Positions 1-12,431 of a DNA stretch of 64,000 nucleotides are shown here, one piece after another. The position numbers and the translations under genes were made by a program. The DNA is taken from contig JAAOMT010000525.1 in assembly GCA_016748015.1 (NCBI GenBank), forward strand, positions 124,001 through 188,000. Direction: 5' to 3'. Source of the DNA: Geosiphon pyriformis uo1. Taxonomy: Eukaryota; Fungi; Glomeromycota. The notes under the pieces were generated by a model. That model was given only the letters and a program-made list of their open reading frames with translations, was not told the DNA's origin and did not search any database. Numbering within the stretch: the stretch's first letter is position 1; every line of letters begins with the position of its first letter.

Positions 1-2
1 TT

Positions 3-1380
3 GAACAAGGATACTACACTGATCCTCAGGTTTTAAATCAGTTTATTAGAGAATTAAAAAGCAGCATTTTAGGAAGAGTATGCCCTGCCCACCCTAATTC
101 CTTACCAGAAGCCGTTACGCTTGCCAGAGCCCTTGAATCGGCTGAGAAAGAAGCTAACCATAGTCAAATGGTTAACATGGTAATGGAGGAAAATAAGACA
201 GAAACATTAGAGAAAAGAGTAACGCGATTAGGGAAGGAACTTTCTAAGAAAATAGAAAGTTACCTCATCCCGGATCCGAGAAAAAATACATACCAACCAC
301 CCCAAAGACGCAGCCAGGAAGTCAGCGACAGTTGAAATAATCGCTCGTCACGCCAGGAATTCAGAACAGAAACACGCGCCTGCCATTTTTACAAACGCAT
401 AGGACATTTGATTAGTCAATGTCGAACGCGAATAATGCAGGAAGCACGCGAAAATAATTACTACACGCCACCCCAAATGCCCAGAAACCAGTACACGCCA
501 ATACCACGCCAATATTCCACCACGTATCAAAATCAAGGAGCTTACCAGCAACAGCCCATGATAGCCAACCCGAATTGGTGTCCCGAGGCCCGAAATTAGC
601 CCATGTGGAACCAGAACACGTTGGTCCAGAGGAATCCAAACCGCGCCGGAACCAATCAGCAAACCAATCCAAACTACCAAAATTATCAACAAACTTACCT
701 TAATATACTGGAAAATCTGATCATTGGAAACAATGATGGTAGAAACATAAACAGAACCAAGAATTCCTCCAAATTGAGCCAGACAATACCACCAGCAGTT
801 GCCACCGAAGATAGCAGCCTCGCAGCTATTTTTCCTTTTGAATTAGAGGAAAACGAGGCTATGTTCAGTGGAGCAGCATTGGACGAAAAACGCCCAATCA
901 CTGCTATGTATATGGAAGCCACTATAAACAATACCCCAATCAAACTTATCTTAGACAGCAGATCCGCTGGAAGCATCGTAATGCTTCAACTAGTAAACCA
1001 ACTGGGTTTCAAAGTTGATTGTGCCGTGACGCTCCAAATCATAACAGCCGATGGAAGTACAAAGCTGTCTTATGGCGAAATCGACTCATTCCCTTTCGAA
1101 ATTAACGGCATAGTAATACTTACAAAAGTATTAGTAATGGATGCTACACAATATCAAGCGTTAGTAGGGAATGACTGGTTAACAAAAGCCAACGCCACCC
1201 TAGACTAGACCACCCAAGAGCTTCTGATCAATTATAATGGCCACCAGGCCAAAATTCCAGCCACCTGTGGCCACTTCCAAAAACCCAGCGCCAACCAAAG
1301 ACCTACCTTCGAATTTGAGGAAAATCCAGCACTACCAGCCATCGAAACCTATCAGCTCTCTTGGGCTGATGACCAAAGAA
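3..1380 (+). pseudogene. gag-protease of Ty3/Gypsy element
   Basis: One frame with stops at 333-335 (TGA), 597-599 (TAG) and 1206-1208 (TAG). Contains Gag-like VLNQFIRELKSSI, a degenerate CCHC knuckle C-H-F-Y-K-R-I-G-H-L-I-S-Q-C (second C>Y), and retropepsin LILDSRSAGS...ALVGNDWL (DSG>DSR). Confidence 0.9.
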
Positions 1381-1638
1381 CAAAACTACGCAGCACATGA
1401 ACTTGAATGCTTAGCAGTAGTCTAGAGTTGTGTTCACTTTGACACATATTTACGGTACCAACCCTTTGAGATTACGACAGATCATAGAGGTCTGGTCTAG
1501 TTAAATAACAAGAAAGCGCTAAAAAGAAAATATGCCAGATGGTCACAAACGTTAGCACTATACAATTATATTATCAAATACAAAGAAGGTACCAAAAATG
1601 CTAATGCCAACTGTTTGTCAAGAATGAGACACACATAA
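1371..1638 (+). pseudogene. C-terminal half of Ty3-type RNase H
   Basis: Reads TKEQNYAAHELECLAVV*SCVHFDTYL...ITTDHRGLV*LN...YARWSQTLALYNYIIKYKEGTKNANANCLSR, with two W>stop changes. Confidence 0.9.
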
Positions 1639-1667
1639 AAATCACCAACCCACCCGTCACAACAACA

Positions 1668-3047
1668 ATGAACAACCACCTTTACAAAAACCTCAGCCAA
1701 TACTTGGAAACACTACAAATAGACGAAAAAATGCCAGTAAAAGAGCTAATTAAGCTCCAAAAATTAGCAAAACACTATTTCATCCAAAATCACATACTTT
1801 ATTACCGGAATCGACAAAATCCAGATAATCCATTAAGAGTTATAACCACGGATGAAAAAGAAACTATCTTATTTAACATGCACTCAGATATTTATTCAGG
1901 CCATTTTGGAAAAACAGCAACCATCCAACGTGCAACTAGCCGTTACTATTGGCCAAAAATGAGCTCAGACATAATCCAATACATAAGAAATTGTGACCCA
2001 TGTCAACGAAGAGGAGGAGCAAAAACAACGGAATTATTAAGACCAATAAAAGTTGGACAGCCATTTAACAGAATCGGAATTGATTTAGTTGGACTCTTAC
2101 CAATAACAACAAGAAACAACCGTTATATTGCAGTAGCCATGGACTATCTCACCAAATGGCCAGAAGCTAGAGCTATTAAAACAGCTGATGCTATTTCCGT
2201 AGCTCAATTCGTACATGAAGACTTAATTTGCCGACATGGATGTCCACAAGAATTGCTATCAGATCAAGGCACACACTTTGTAAACAGCATCTTAAAAGAA
2301 CTTAGCCAAAAATTTGGAATTAAGCGACCACTGTCATCACCATACCACCCTCAAACAAATGGATTAGTTGAAAGATTTAATCACACATTATGCGAATCAC
2401 TGGCGAAAATTAGTAACGAACATGAAAAAGAATGGGATTTGTTCATACCAGTAGTACTACTAGCATATAGAACAGTAAAACAAGATACTACACAATTCAC
2501 ACCGTTCGAACTAGTTTATGGAAGAAAAGCCACATTACCCGTTGAACTTACTATTCCAACTTATCCGAGTGACACTATCACGGAAGCAACATTCCAGGAA
2601 ACACTACTTAGAAGAACATACGAATTAATGGGAACTTTAGAAAACAAAAGAAGAAAAGCAGCACAAAATATTGAACAATCACAAAAACAACAAAAAGTGA
2701 GACATGATAACCAGTTACCAGATAATATAATTAGCTACAAAATTGGAGATAAAGTATTGTTGCATCGTACAAAAATAGAAAAACAGTGGAGTGGAAAATT
2801 TGATCACAAGTGGGATGGACCATTTTATATTCACGAAATACTTGGAAATGGAGCATACAAGCTAAGACTAGATGATAAAATATTAAGAAAAGCAGCACAT
2901 GGTAACCGGCTGAAATTCTATTACAGTAAACCAGTAATAACAACAAAAACACCCAAAATTGGAACACAATTACCTTTAATTCTACCAGAACAAATTCCAC
3001 GAGATTTAGAACCAATAGTTTTAATTGAACATTATTCGAAAAGATAA
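1668..3047 (+). CDS. Retrotransposon integrase (HHCC zinc finger, DDE core, GPF/Y module), open reading frame intact
   Basis: H-x6-H...C-x2-C (MHSDIYSGH...CDPC), IGIDLVG, SDQGTHF, YHPQTNGLVERFN, TPFELVYGR, WDGPFYI. Confidence 0.95.
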   Translation: MNNHLYKNLSQYLETLQIDEKMPVKELIKLQKLAKHYFIQNHILYYRNRQNPDNPLRVITTDEKETILFNMHSDIYSGHFGKTATIQRATSRYYWPKMSSDIIQYIRNCDPCQRRGGAKTTELLRPIKVGQPFNRIGIDLVGLLPITTRNNRYIAVAMDYLTKWPEARAIKTADAISVAQFVHEDLICRHGCPQELLSDQGTHFVNSILKELSQKFGIKRPLSSPYHPQTNGLVERFNHTLCESLAKISNEHEKEWDLFIPVVLLAYRTVKQDTTQFTPFELVYGRKATLPVELTIPTYPSDTITEATFQETLLRRTYELMGTLENKRRKAAQNIEQSQKQQKVRHDNQLPDNIISYKIGDKVLLHRTKIEKQWSGKFDHKWDGPFYIHEILGNGAYKLRLDDKILRKAAHGNRLKFYYSKPVITTKTPKIGTQLPLILPEQIPRDLEPIVLIEHYSKR

Positions 3048-3124
3048 TTAATCTTAGATCACAGCAAAAATGATTTAACAACCATAAAAACGCATGCAAA
3101 AGATTCCAAAATAACAGTCAAAAT

Positions 3125-4038
3125 NNNNNNNNNNNNNNNNNNNNNNNNNNNNNNNNNNNNNNNNNNNNNNNNNNNNNNNNNNNNNNNNNNNNNNNNNNNN
3201 NNNNNNNNNNNNNNNNNNNNNNNNNNNNNNNNNNNNNNNNNNNNNNNNNNNNNNNNNNNNNNNNNNNNNNNNNNNNNNNNNNNNNNNNNNNNNNNNNNNN
3301 NNNNNNNNNNNNNNNNNNNNNNNNNNNNNNNNNNNNNNNNNNNNNNNNNNNNNNNNNNNNNNNNNNNNNNNNNNNNNNNNNNNNNNNNNNNNNNNNNNNN
3401 NNNNNNNNNNNNNNNNNNNNNNNNNNNNNNNNNNNNNNNNNNNNNNNNNNNNNNNNNNNNNNNNNNNNNNNNNNNNNNNNNNNNNNNNNNNNNNNNNNNN
3501 NNNNNNNNNNNNNNNNNNNNNNNNNNNNNNNNNNNNNNNNNNNNNNNNNNNNNNNNNNNNNNNNNNNNNNNNNNNNNNNNNNNNNNNNNNNNNNNNNNNN
3601 NNNNNNNNNNNNNNNNNNNNNNNNNNNNNNNNNNNNNNNNNNNNNNNNNNNNNNNNNNNNNNNNNNNNNNNNNNNNNNNNNNNNNNNNNNNNNNNNNNNN
3701 NNNNNNNNNNNNNNNNNNNNNNNNNNNNNNNNNNNNNNNNNNNNNNNNNNNNNNNNNNNNNNNNNNNNNNNNNNNNNNNNNNNNNNNNNNNNNNNNNNNN
3801 NNNNNNNNNNNNNNNNNNNNNNNNNNNNNNNNNNNNNNNNNNNNNNNNNNNNNNNNNNNNNNNNNNNNNNNNNNNNNNNNNNNNNNNNNNNNNNNNNNNN
3901 NNNNNNNNNNNNNNNNNNNNNNNNNNNNNNNNNNNNNNNNNNNNNNNNNNNNNNNNNNNNNNNNNNNNNNNNNNNNNNNNNNNNNNNNNNNNNNNNNNNN
4001 NNNNNNNNNNNNNNNNNNNNNNNNNNNNNNNNNNNNNN
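3125..4038. other. Assembly gap (914 N)
   Basis: Run of N. Confidence 1.
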
Positions 4039-4582
4039 AAACTCCACTTTAAATCATACTTTCAAATTAAATATCCCAAGAAACCTTTAAAATCAAAAAG
4101 AAATGAAAAAAAATATTTAAAACTGAACTATCACAACCCAAAGTATTAAGAAACTTACTTGTATTATTTATTGAATGAAACTATCATTCATCAACTGAAT
4201 CCCTTGGAAGAATAATCCTTGATCAAGATTATTCACGTTGTTACTAATTGATAAAAGCTTTATTGTGAGAATTAGAAAAGCGCTAAAGACCATTAACATT
4301 CTGTGTTTCTAGATTAGAGAAACACATCAGGCAATTGCAAGGATAGCCTCAGAGAAGACCCCAGACAGTAGGTAGATTTCAGTTCAGCCTCTGAGAAGGA
4401 GTACATAAACACACACAACAATCAAGAATTAAAGAATAACTTACATCGCAACAGTAAAAAGAAAGCCTTCAGTGTAACAGTAACACTATCACACAAATAG
4501 AATTGAGGAACTCACGAAAGACTGATTGCAATTAAAGCAGGATATCAGCAATTAAATATAACAAAAAAACCATCCCGTAACA
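4039..4582 (+). repeat. 3' LTR (visible part) of Ty3/Gypsy element
   Basis: Colinear with the reverse complement of ~62663-63210 (shared GATCAAGATTATT, TTGATAAAAGCTTTATTGTGAGAATT, GACTGATTGCAATTAAA). Similarity stops exactly at the terminal TAACA. Confidence 0.88.
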
Positions 4583-4814
4583 CTGTTTAATACAAAATTA
4601 TCTTTTACAAACTGCTCAAACACAGTAATCAATGTACTGTTACAGATTGAAATAATAAGCTAATAAATAGCAAGAAAGAACAAAATTGTATAGTTATAGA
4701 ATAGATCAAAAAAAATTCAACTTTAAAAAGCAAATTGAATAAGTAAGAATTCAATATGTGAGATTAGTCTTATAAAATATCTCAGTTACTATTCTTTTAA
4801 AAAGATAATTGGAG

Positions 4815-4920
4815 AATTTGAAGATAAAGAAATAGTTTATATTGTTAACAAATAATAACACATTGATATAATTTTATGTTTTATGTTGACATTTTTAGAA
4901 TTCAATATTAGATATTAGAT
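4815..4920 (+). repeat. Old dispersed repeat, second copy at ~32033-32140
   Basis: Both copies share AATAGTTTATATTGTTAACAAA followed by ~70 bp of colinear degenerate sequence. Confidence 0.6.
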
Positions 4921-5239
4921 ATGCTTTTTAATCACATTTTATTTAATAATCTTCAAATATTACAATTATATGAGTTAAAAAAAGAGTAAATAAATGCCAA
5001 CAAATAATTTTTTATTCTAAAATATTTAGATACTTAAAAGTAAGGAAAAAAAAATTAGTGAAAAGAGAAAAATTAAGATAAAATTATTATTTTATTTCTT
5101 TATTTTTTTTTAATTTGTATATGTTTTTCTATAGCTAAAAAATTTATTGCTTATATAACTATTGAAAATATTAGATTATTAATCAAATCAATGATTACTA
5201 TCTAAAAATAGAATGGTTAATTATAGAATATCAGTGACT

Positions 5240-7070
5240 AATACATATAATAATTAATAAAATATATGGGTTTCAACCATAATAGTACTAACAGAATTAA
5301 CAATTGAATTGACCAAAATTAATAACTTAACCAAACTGAATTCCAGAAATACCAGCCAAAAAAAAACTAAAAAATTAGCAATAGCTATAAAAAAAGAAGC
5401 AAAAACCACCAGAAAAAAAACATTAAAGAATTCAAAGAAACAAAAGCCTTGGCATAAGATTTAGTATTTACAAAATATAGAATAAATATCTTAGGAGTCT
5501 TAAAAATAAAAAATAAAAATACTTTATAGTTTATAATTAGATAGCTCATTTTTTAATACTTAAAACAATATTAACAGCCAGAAATTTTTTGCCAAATATA
5601 ATATTTTCTTAATATATTAATTTTAATCATAGCAGAATCCAAATTAACTTGAAATTCAAATGTAATCAAAGCAAATTGAGAATAACAACCAAAATTAAGA
5701 AAGCAAAAAATAAAATATGTCTAATTATTAATTTAAAAAATCATATTATTAATCTTAAAGACAGTACAGCCAAAGAAAAAATTAACCAACTTGGTCTTAA
5801 ATTTATTATAAGATACAATAATTTCATTTTAATTCACTAAGAAAAAAATCTTAATATTATTCTTATTTATTAAAACTAATCAATAATTCAAAGCAGACAC
5901 AGCAGAATCCAGTTTTTTAAAATTAACAATCACATATTGTCAAATGTTAGCAAACTTTAATACAATATAAACAATCTTATTAAACATATTAAAAACTGTT
6001 TTGATATTAATAGCAAATATATTCAAAGACATATTATATAGCACAACAGCAGCAAAAAAAGAACCAATCTTAAAAATTATTAAAGATTTGGCAATTTTAA
6101 GAGTAGTCAAATGAACAAAGCTTATAAGCTCAATCAAAAAAGCTGTTTTTAAAAACTTCTAAAAAGCAAACTCTATAAAAAAAAGCTTTATATTGTTTTT
6201 TAATACTGATTTTGCATCCAAAAAACCATGTACAGACTGAAAAACAGTTCTAATATAAGCTAATTTAATCTTAAAAATAACACTAAACATTAAAGTAAAG
6301 GCTATTTACCCAGCAAATCTTTAATAATTGGCAATAATTTTCCAAACATCACTAGTAACAATACCAAAAATCAGTAGAAAAAATAATTCAGTTTCTATCT
6401 GGTTAACTTAGTTTTCAAGAACAGATAACTTTATAAGAGATAATTGTTTTGCTTTTAAAACCAGCAATAATTTGTTAAAAGAGATTATATTTGGCAATAC
6501 AGCCAGTAATTAATCTTGGTTCATCTTAGACAATGTATTATATGATATAATAAAGATTTTATTTGAAATTTTTTTAAGAATCACAAAGAAGTTTGGTGTA
6601 ATAATAACAAAAATAAGCAACTGTCTCTATTTTTTTTGAATTTTCAGTTTTTTTGATCATTTTTTTGAAGAAAAAATACTAGCAGCATTTGGTGTAAAAA
6701 CTATAGAAGAAAAGATCAGTTTATTGACTAGTCTATTATTAAAAATTTTTGGGCTCTTTAAAGAAATAGAGACAATATTAGAATTAAGTCAAGTGTATCT
6801 CTTTGAAGAAACTTTAACTGGTAAAAAACCAGTTAAAGATGAAAAAATTGTTTTAACAGCTATTAAAGACAGCTTTTCATTATTACTAGTTAAAGAAAAA
6901 GCTTCCAAAATATTTTGTTTAACTGCTTTTACAACAAAAAAAACTTCTTTGGTTAAAATCTTATGAGATACCAAAAAAAATACCAGTTACAGCTTTTTTA
7001 CTTTTTGCTCTGGTCATAATCATAAAATTAAGGAGACAAAAAAATTTATTTTAGTTTTATTACTCATGAA
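5240..7070 (-). mobile_element. Heavily decayed non-LTR retrotransposon ORF1-like relic
   Basis: Fragmented minus-strand coding-like sequence with the same compositional skew and decay style as the LINE at 32.8-39.4 kb. No diagnostic catalytic motif was seen, and boundaries are approximate. Confidence 0.45.
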
Positions 7071-8570
7071 ATAACTAATTATAATTTTTTATATATTAAT
7101 TTTAATTTACTTATTAAAAAATATTGTTATAATTTGTTTAATCTTTTAACAATATTAATAAATTTAACAATTATTACATATTATATATATTGTTTTATAT
7201 TGATGTTTTATTAAATATAATTTGTTTAATATTTGCATAATTTAAACTTTAAACAAAAATGGCTTAAATATTTTTTAATTTACATATTTTTGCTTATATT
7301 AATATTAAAATCGTGAATTATATTTATTTTTTTATAAAAAATATTAAAAATTTTATATCTTAAATTTTTTTATTAATACAAAAAACATTAAATAATGAAT
7401 AAATTTATTAAACTTAATTATTAATTGTTTGAAAATATTTATTAATAATTATACGTGTGGCTAGTCACGTGTAAAAAACGCATGATCTATTTAGTTGGAC
7501 CACACTTTAATAATTATATATATAATTATTATTATGAAATTTCATTTTTTTTATAAATTGGATATATAATTATATGTTATATTTATTATAGTTGATTGCC
7601 AATTATTTAATTAACTATAATTTACGATTAATATTTTTTTGATAACTTTTTTTTCATATTAAAAACAAATAAAAAAACTAAAATTTCCACAATATATTTT
7701 TTTGCTTATTAATAATTTTTAAAAAATAATTTATTGATATTTATTTTCAACAAATTAATAAATTAGCATGGTGATAAAATGCTTTAAAAAGTTACACCTA
7801 ATTAATATTCACATTATAGTAATTATTACTTAAAAAACAGATATTCATAATAACATTAATTGATTACTATCTTTGGTTCTACCAGTTTCAACTTATATTT
7901 GTTTTATTATAGACGAATCAACCTTAGGTTATTAATAACAGGGCTTCCCCAGTTTGTTTTTTGAAACGATACTCTTTAAAGTGTTCATAATTACGTAAGT
8001 TAATTATCTAGCCTGGAGTGTCACGAAAACGTCAATGATTCTAAATATTTTTTTATTTCTATTGTGTGACTCAGGAGATTAGGATTTCCTTTTAAAATTC
8101 TGTGCTCGGCGTGTAATTGAGATTTTGAATGTGTTTTAGCATGTTACGTTAGTTCTTTTCCACCCTTGCATCATCCTTTTAAAAATCAAATATTTTCTTT
8201 CTTGACCCGCAATCATTTACCACTTACCACACTTCTGTACAAAGTTCTAAAGCTCGTGTACTTGTAAGTATGAGTTTTATTTCCTAGTTTCAACCAGTTT
8301 AAGAACCAAAGATTTAGATCTTTTTTGGGAGAAAAGAGATTGCGGCCTTTTAGTGCTGTTCAGCACGAGTTCTTAATAATGTCACTCGTGAATGGCCCTA
8401 TAAAGTCCGCAGTAAACTTGGTGAAGGAGATTCACGTGATGTTTCAGCATATTTAATAATATAGGGCTGTCTGTGAAGCGCGTTTAACCCAAGTTTTTCG
8501 TGACTTGTCACTTTTTTATTCCATAGGTTTTTCACCACTACTAAGTTGACCATTCATTTCAGTCTAAGCT

Positions 8571-10469
8571 ATGCCTCGCGCCAAGACTGCAAGTTCAAAA
8601 TCTCCCATTGTTGGGGAGGCTCAAATTAACGCTAAAGATATGTGGGAAACCGCGTATATAATTGCTTTTTGTCAAAAATTCAAGTCTGCACTCAAAAATC
8701 TTCGGTTTTGGCCAGAAGTTAGTCTTCATTTTAATCATACTCAGCTTATATAATGGCTTATAGGGCTCCTTCACGCGTTTCGCTGACTTTGGCCTCTTAT
8801 TTTTCCAAATAATAGGATCTTGAACGCGCGTTGGAAAGTGGAGCTGAGGAAGACCTGCTTGAAGATATTCACTCTAGGTTCTTATCGAATTGTCTGAATC
8901 GCAAGAAACCAATCGAGTGAGTTAACCATAATTTACGCGTCAGACCTCTTTACGATAATTATATGCTTAATTGTTTTTCAAAAACAGGAGCGATTGCTGG
9001 CAAAAAATTCTTTCATCTACTATCGACCAACATTTACAGATGGACACGTCTGGGTTTTATATCGACCACAATCCTCTTCGTGGAAAAGACGGAAACATCA
9101 ACTATTATTCCTTAAATACACAAAACAAAGTAAGGCAAACAAATACGAATCCGTCCTTTTTTTTTAATATTCGCAGTAATACAGGATTTTTTATTAGGTC
9201 TGGATATTATATAGCCTTATCAATTGGCAGTTACAAGAATCTGAAGCAGTCCGAGATCTGATTAATGAATCATATAAACGTACAAGGAAAAATTGGGAAA
9301 ATCCTTTAGAGGTGCAAGAACTGGGACAGGATAGTAAAAATGCGAAATATTATTATATTGGCAGTAAGTGAAAATACTTGCGATCGAAATAGGATGAATA
9401 TTTACAATTTGAAGGATATAATTTTCATCATTCATTGTCATCATTTATTTTAATATCAAATAGATGCAGCGCGCATTTATCGAGAAAAATTTCCAAAAGC
9501 CAGTTCCATCCCAACAAACAAAAATGTTACATGGGCAGCAGTTACGACTGATATGGAGGACATCCAAAAGCTTGTGAGTGAACTCAAAACAAAACGATCT
9601 GCCAAAGATAAAAATTTATATGCTATGATTATCGAGAATGTACTTCCAAATGTTGAATCTCTAATTCAGGTAATATTATCTCAGATTAGACTGAATACTG
9701 GTGCAAAGATTTTTCAACTTATTTTCTGAATAATTAGATGAGAGAAAAAAAGGAAAACCAACGAAAACGCCAAGAAAAGATGGCGGAAAAGTTTGCCAAA
9801 ATGCGTGTTAACGCTATATCAACCCGTACCCGTGCTGCCAGTAGAAAGGCTGCTGGCATTGAGACGCCAGTGATTAGCTACCGGGAAGATGATTATGATT
9901 ATGAAGGGTTTGCCCCTTATCCAACTGCAGGTCGTAGCACACACTCAAGAAGCCTGCGTGGGCTTGGAAATGATGGTAATTCATCATATACGAATTCGGA
10001 AAATAGTAATGCGGATCATGATATTGAAATCCAAGGAGCCCTCCCTATGCACGGACGAATGACAAGGTCCCGAACTAGCAGACTATCCCGACAAAACACT
10101 GTACAATCATATGCTAGTTCAGATGCCGACGGGTCACTGCTAGGGACAATAAACGATGCGGAGGAAGAAAAGATCAATGAGATTATAACGCAGGACACTA
10201 GCAATGATGCTCAAAGTGCAATAAAAGGTGCGGTTGGGATTGATGAATCTGAGCCTACCGATAACATATCGGAAGGCATCCATACTATTATCGCTTCAAC
10301 AGCTGGTTCGTCTAAGAATATTTCAAATGGCATGTTGGACAAAGCGACCTCTTTTGTGTCATCTTGTGGCTCTGTAATTTCATTATCATCATCTACATCT
10401 GGTACTACGGATACTGAAGGTTTTCGAGTCGATAGTCAGCGAATGCCGTTAGAAGTTTACGATCAATAA
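8571..10469 (+). CDS. DDT/WHIM-domain ISWI-associated chromatin remodelling subunit (RSF1/CECR2/Ioc3-like N-terminus); exons 8571-8717, 8816-8916, 8988-9129, 9198-9363, 9464-9669, 9738-10469
   Basis: All GT-AG junctions keep frame. Contains MWETAYIIAFCQKF...PEDLERAL (DDT-like), YYSLNTQNKVWILYSLINWQL (WHIM1-like), PLEVQELGQDSKNAKYYYIG (WHIM2 GxD) and TWAAV...IQKLVSEL (WHIM3-like), then a coiled coil and a disordered acidic/Ser tail. Confidence 0.82.
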
Positions 10470-11441
10470 ATTAGCGATTATTAATTAATGCCAGGAAAAT
10501 GAATCGAGGATTGAGACAATGTCTTAAAAGGAGATAAGATATCAATTGTTTAGGTAGGTTTATCATCGTATAAATAATTTCTTTCACTCTGTTGGCTTCT
10601 TTTATTTTGGATTTTGGCATAATAGCATGCTGTGTATTGGTTAAAGAAATAAAACATTACATTTCTCGAAGCTTCTAGATTCGATATTCATAACTCAAAT
10701 CGGATTTACTGTCTGAAGCTAAGTAAAATATAAATTTCTGTTTATACTCAAATGACAATACATAGATGAAATAAAGCGTTCATTTAATGTCTGATTTGAA
10801 ACTATGGGATTCCAATTATTAGATATCAAATCTATTCCCTTCAAATTTATTGATTGCGCAAATATTAATTTGATCTAATTTAATTAAACATATAAAGAAA
10901 TAGTTATAAATAGGATATTAAAATCTCGTACTCAAGTTTTGATGAAAATCATCTTTTGGTAATCTTTATTTTATTTTGATCCGAAATAATTTTTTCCTGA
11001 TTCAAAGAAAAAGGGCATTAGTAGTAAGACAACCCACCATGACATGATACCTTTGGCTAACATAGAAATAAGTGCATCACCTCTAGTCAATAATGATCAT
11101 AAGAGTGATGCTGATATGAAGGGGTCGGCAAATGAGCAACTTCAGTATACGAGAAAAAGTTAATTGTTCGGTTTTACGGTTTTAGGAAAGGAACTCAACG
11201 AATAAAAATGCCCATCTAGCATCAAGACACTAATCAATAGTAATAGCTATGATGGATGGAGAGAAAATATGACAATAGTCAAGAGCGGCAATCTCTTGTT
11301 TACCGCCAACTATTGTCAGCAGTTATAGCCGTTTCAACATTTAGAAATACATTATAAGGAACAGGAACCGAAGAGAAATGGGTCTTACCTCAGGCACTTT
11401 AACATACCCAATATTCTTCATCGAAATATGCATCTTGCTTG

Positions 11442-12431
11442 TTAGGGGGAAGGCAGTGCTTCTACACTGCCGTATCGCTTATCCTCAAGCAGTCCCTCCT
11501 TGTCCTTGTATAGGAGTTTATATGAATTTTTGATCGTGACTTCTGAAACCCCGGTAACGTTGGCTATCTCACGTGTTGACTTTGGTTGCTGGAAGAGATT
11601 CGATATCAGATATATACAGGCAGCGGCAACGGATACTGGGGATTTCCCCGCAAGTGTCCCAAGCTCTTTCACCCTCTTGGTTAAATAGACAGCAGCCTTT
11701 TGTACTTGAATCTGGAGGCCTAACATCGAACAGAAACGTGACATCAAATCTTCTGATGTCATGGTAGTGACATTGGTTTCAAATGTGCGAATCAATGTTT
11801 TAAAACATCGACCGATTTCCTTCTTAGGAACACGTGTAATAGCGCAAATTTCCTTAAACGTGCGTGGTACATTTTCTTGTCGACATGCAATGAAGATGCA
11901 TGCGGCAATAATGGATTCAGTGCTTTTTCCACGAAGTAATTTCTCTTCTTCAGCACGTTTATACAATTGTTTGGCAATATCAGCAATCAATTTTGTTAAT
12001 CCGATGGCATCACACATCGCAGCAATTTCTTTGTAGGCTTGAATCAAGTTTTTTTCGCCCTTAACTGCAGTGGCACGACCATGCACCTTATTCAAATCAC
12101 GTGCAGTTCCAGAACCACCATCCTTTCTTGAGATCACGGTATCCAGTTGGGCTCCGTCAAGTAAAGGGTTAGCAGCGGCACCAACACGTGAAGGGTCATC
12201 GCCCTCATCATTTGCAAATGTACGCCATTCAGACCGAGTATCAATAATTCGATCTCCAAGCACAAGACCACAATCGCCACAAACAAGATCACCATTGGCG
12301 AACTCTTCAATTATATTTGGAACCGGGTTTTTACAGTCTGGACAGATTAAGCGAACATTGAGATCCGGACGTATTTCTTTCGGCTCTTCTTCTTTAGTTG
12401 GCTCGAGACGTGGAAATGGAATAGCGGCCAT
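11442..12431 (-). CDS. SUA7: General transcription initiation factor TFIIB
   Basis: Zn ribbon CPDC...CGDCG, B-reader IDTRSEWRTF...DPSRVG, and two cyclin repeats (RGKSTESIIAACIFIACR; GKSPVSVAAACIY). Confidence 0.98.
   Translation of the reverse strand: MAAIPFPRLEPTKEEEPKEIRPDLNVRLICPDCKNPVPNIIEEFANGDLVCGDCGLVLGDRIIDTRSEWRTFANDEGDDPSRVGAAANPLLDGAQLDTVISRKDGGSGTARDLNKVHGRATAVKGEKNLIQAYKEIAAMCDAIGLTKLIADIAKQLYKRAEEEKLLRGKSTESIIAACIFIACRQENVPRTFKEICAITRVPKKEIGRCFKTLIRTFETNVTTMTSEDLMSRFCSMLGLQIQVQKAAVYLTKRVKELGTLAGKSPVSVAAACIYLISNLFQQPKSTREIANVTGVSEVTIKNSYKLLYKDKEGLLEDKRYGSVEALPSP

Larger units (their letters stand above)
1..4582 (+). mobile_element. Ty3/Gypsy LTR retrotransposon, defective (5' end outside window, RT deleted)
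   Basis: Domain order is gag zinc knuckle, aspartic protease, RNase H, integrase (Ty3 order). A 3' LTR follows, ending ...CCCGTAACA at 4582; its start is hidden in the N gap. Confidence 0.93.

Noticed and set aside
3118-4047. 309-aa ORF in track
   Set aside because: Artefact of the N gap.
8255-8275. U1 snRNA-like start ATACTTAC on the minus strand
   Set aside because: Continues AAG rather than CTG, with no U1 stem-loops or Sm site evident. More likely a plus-strand GTAAGT motif.
11247-11407. TPP riboswitch in TFIIB 3' region
   Set aside because: CTGAG is present, but the CUGAGA/AUACC/CUGAU...UAAU..CGUAGG core is absent, and the gene is unrelated to thiamine.
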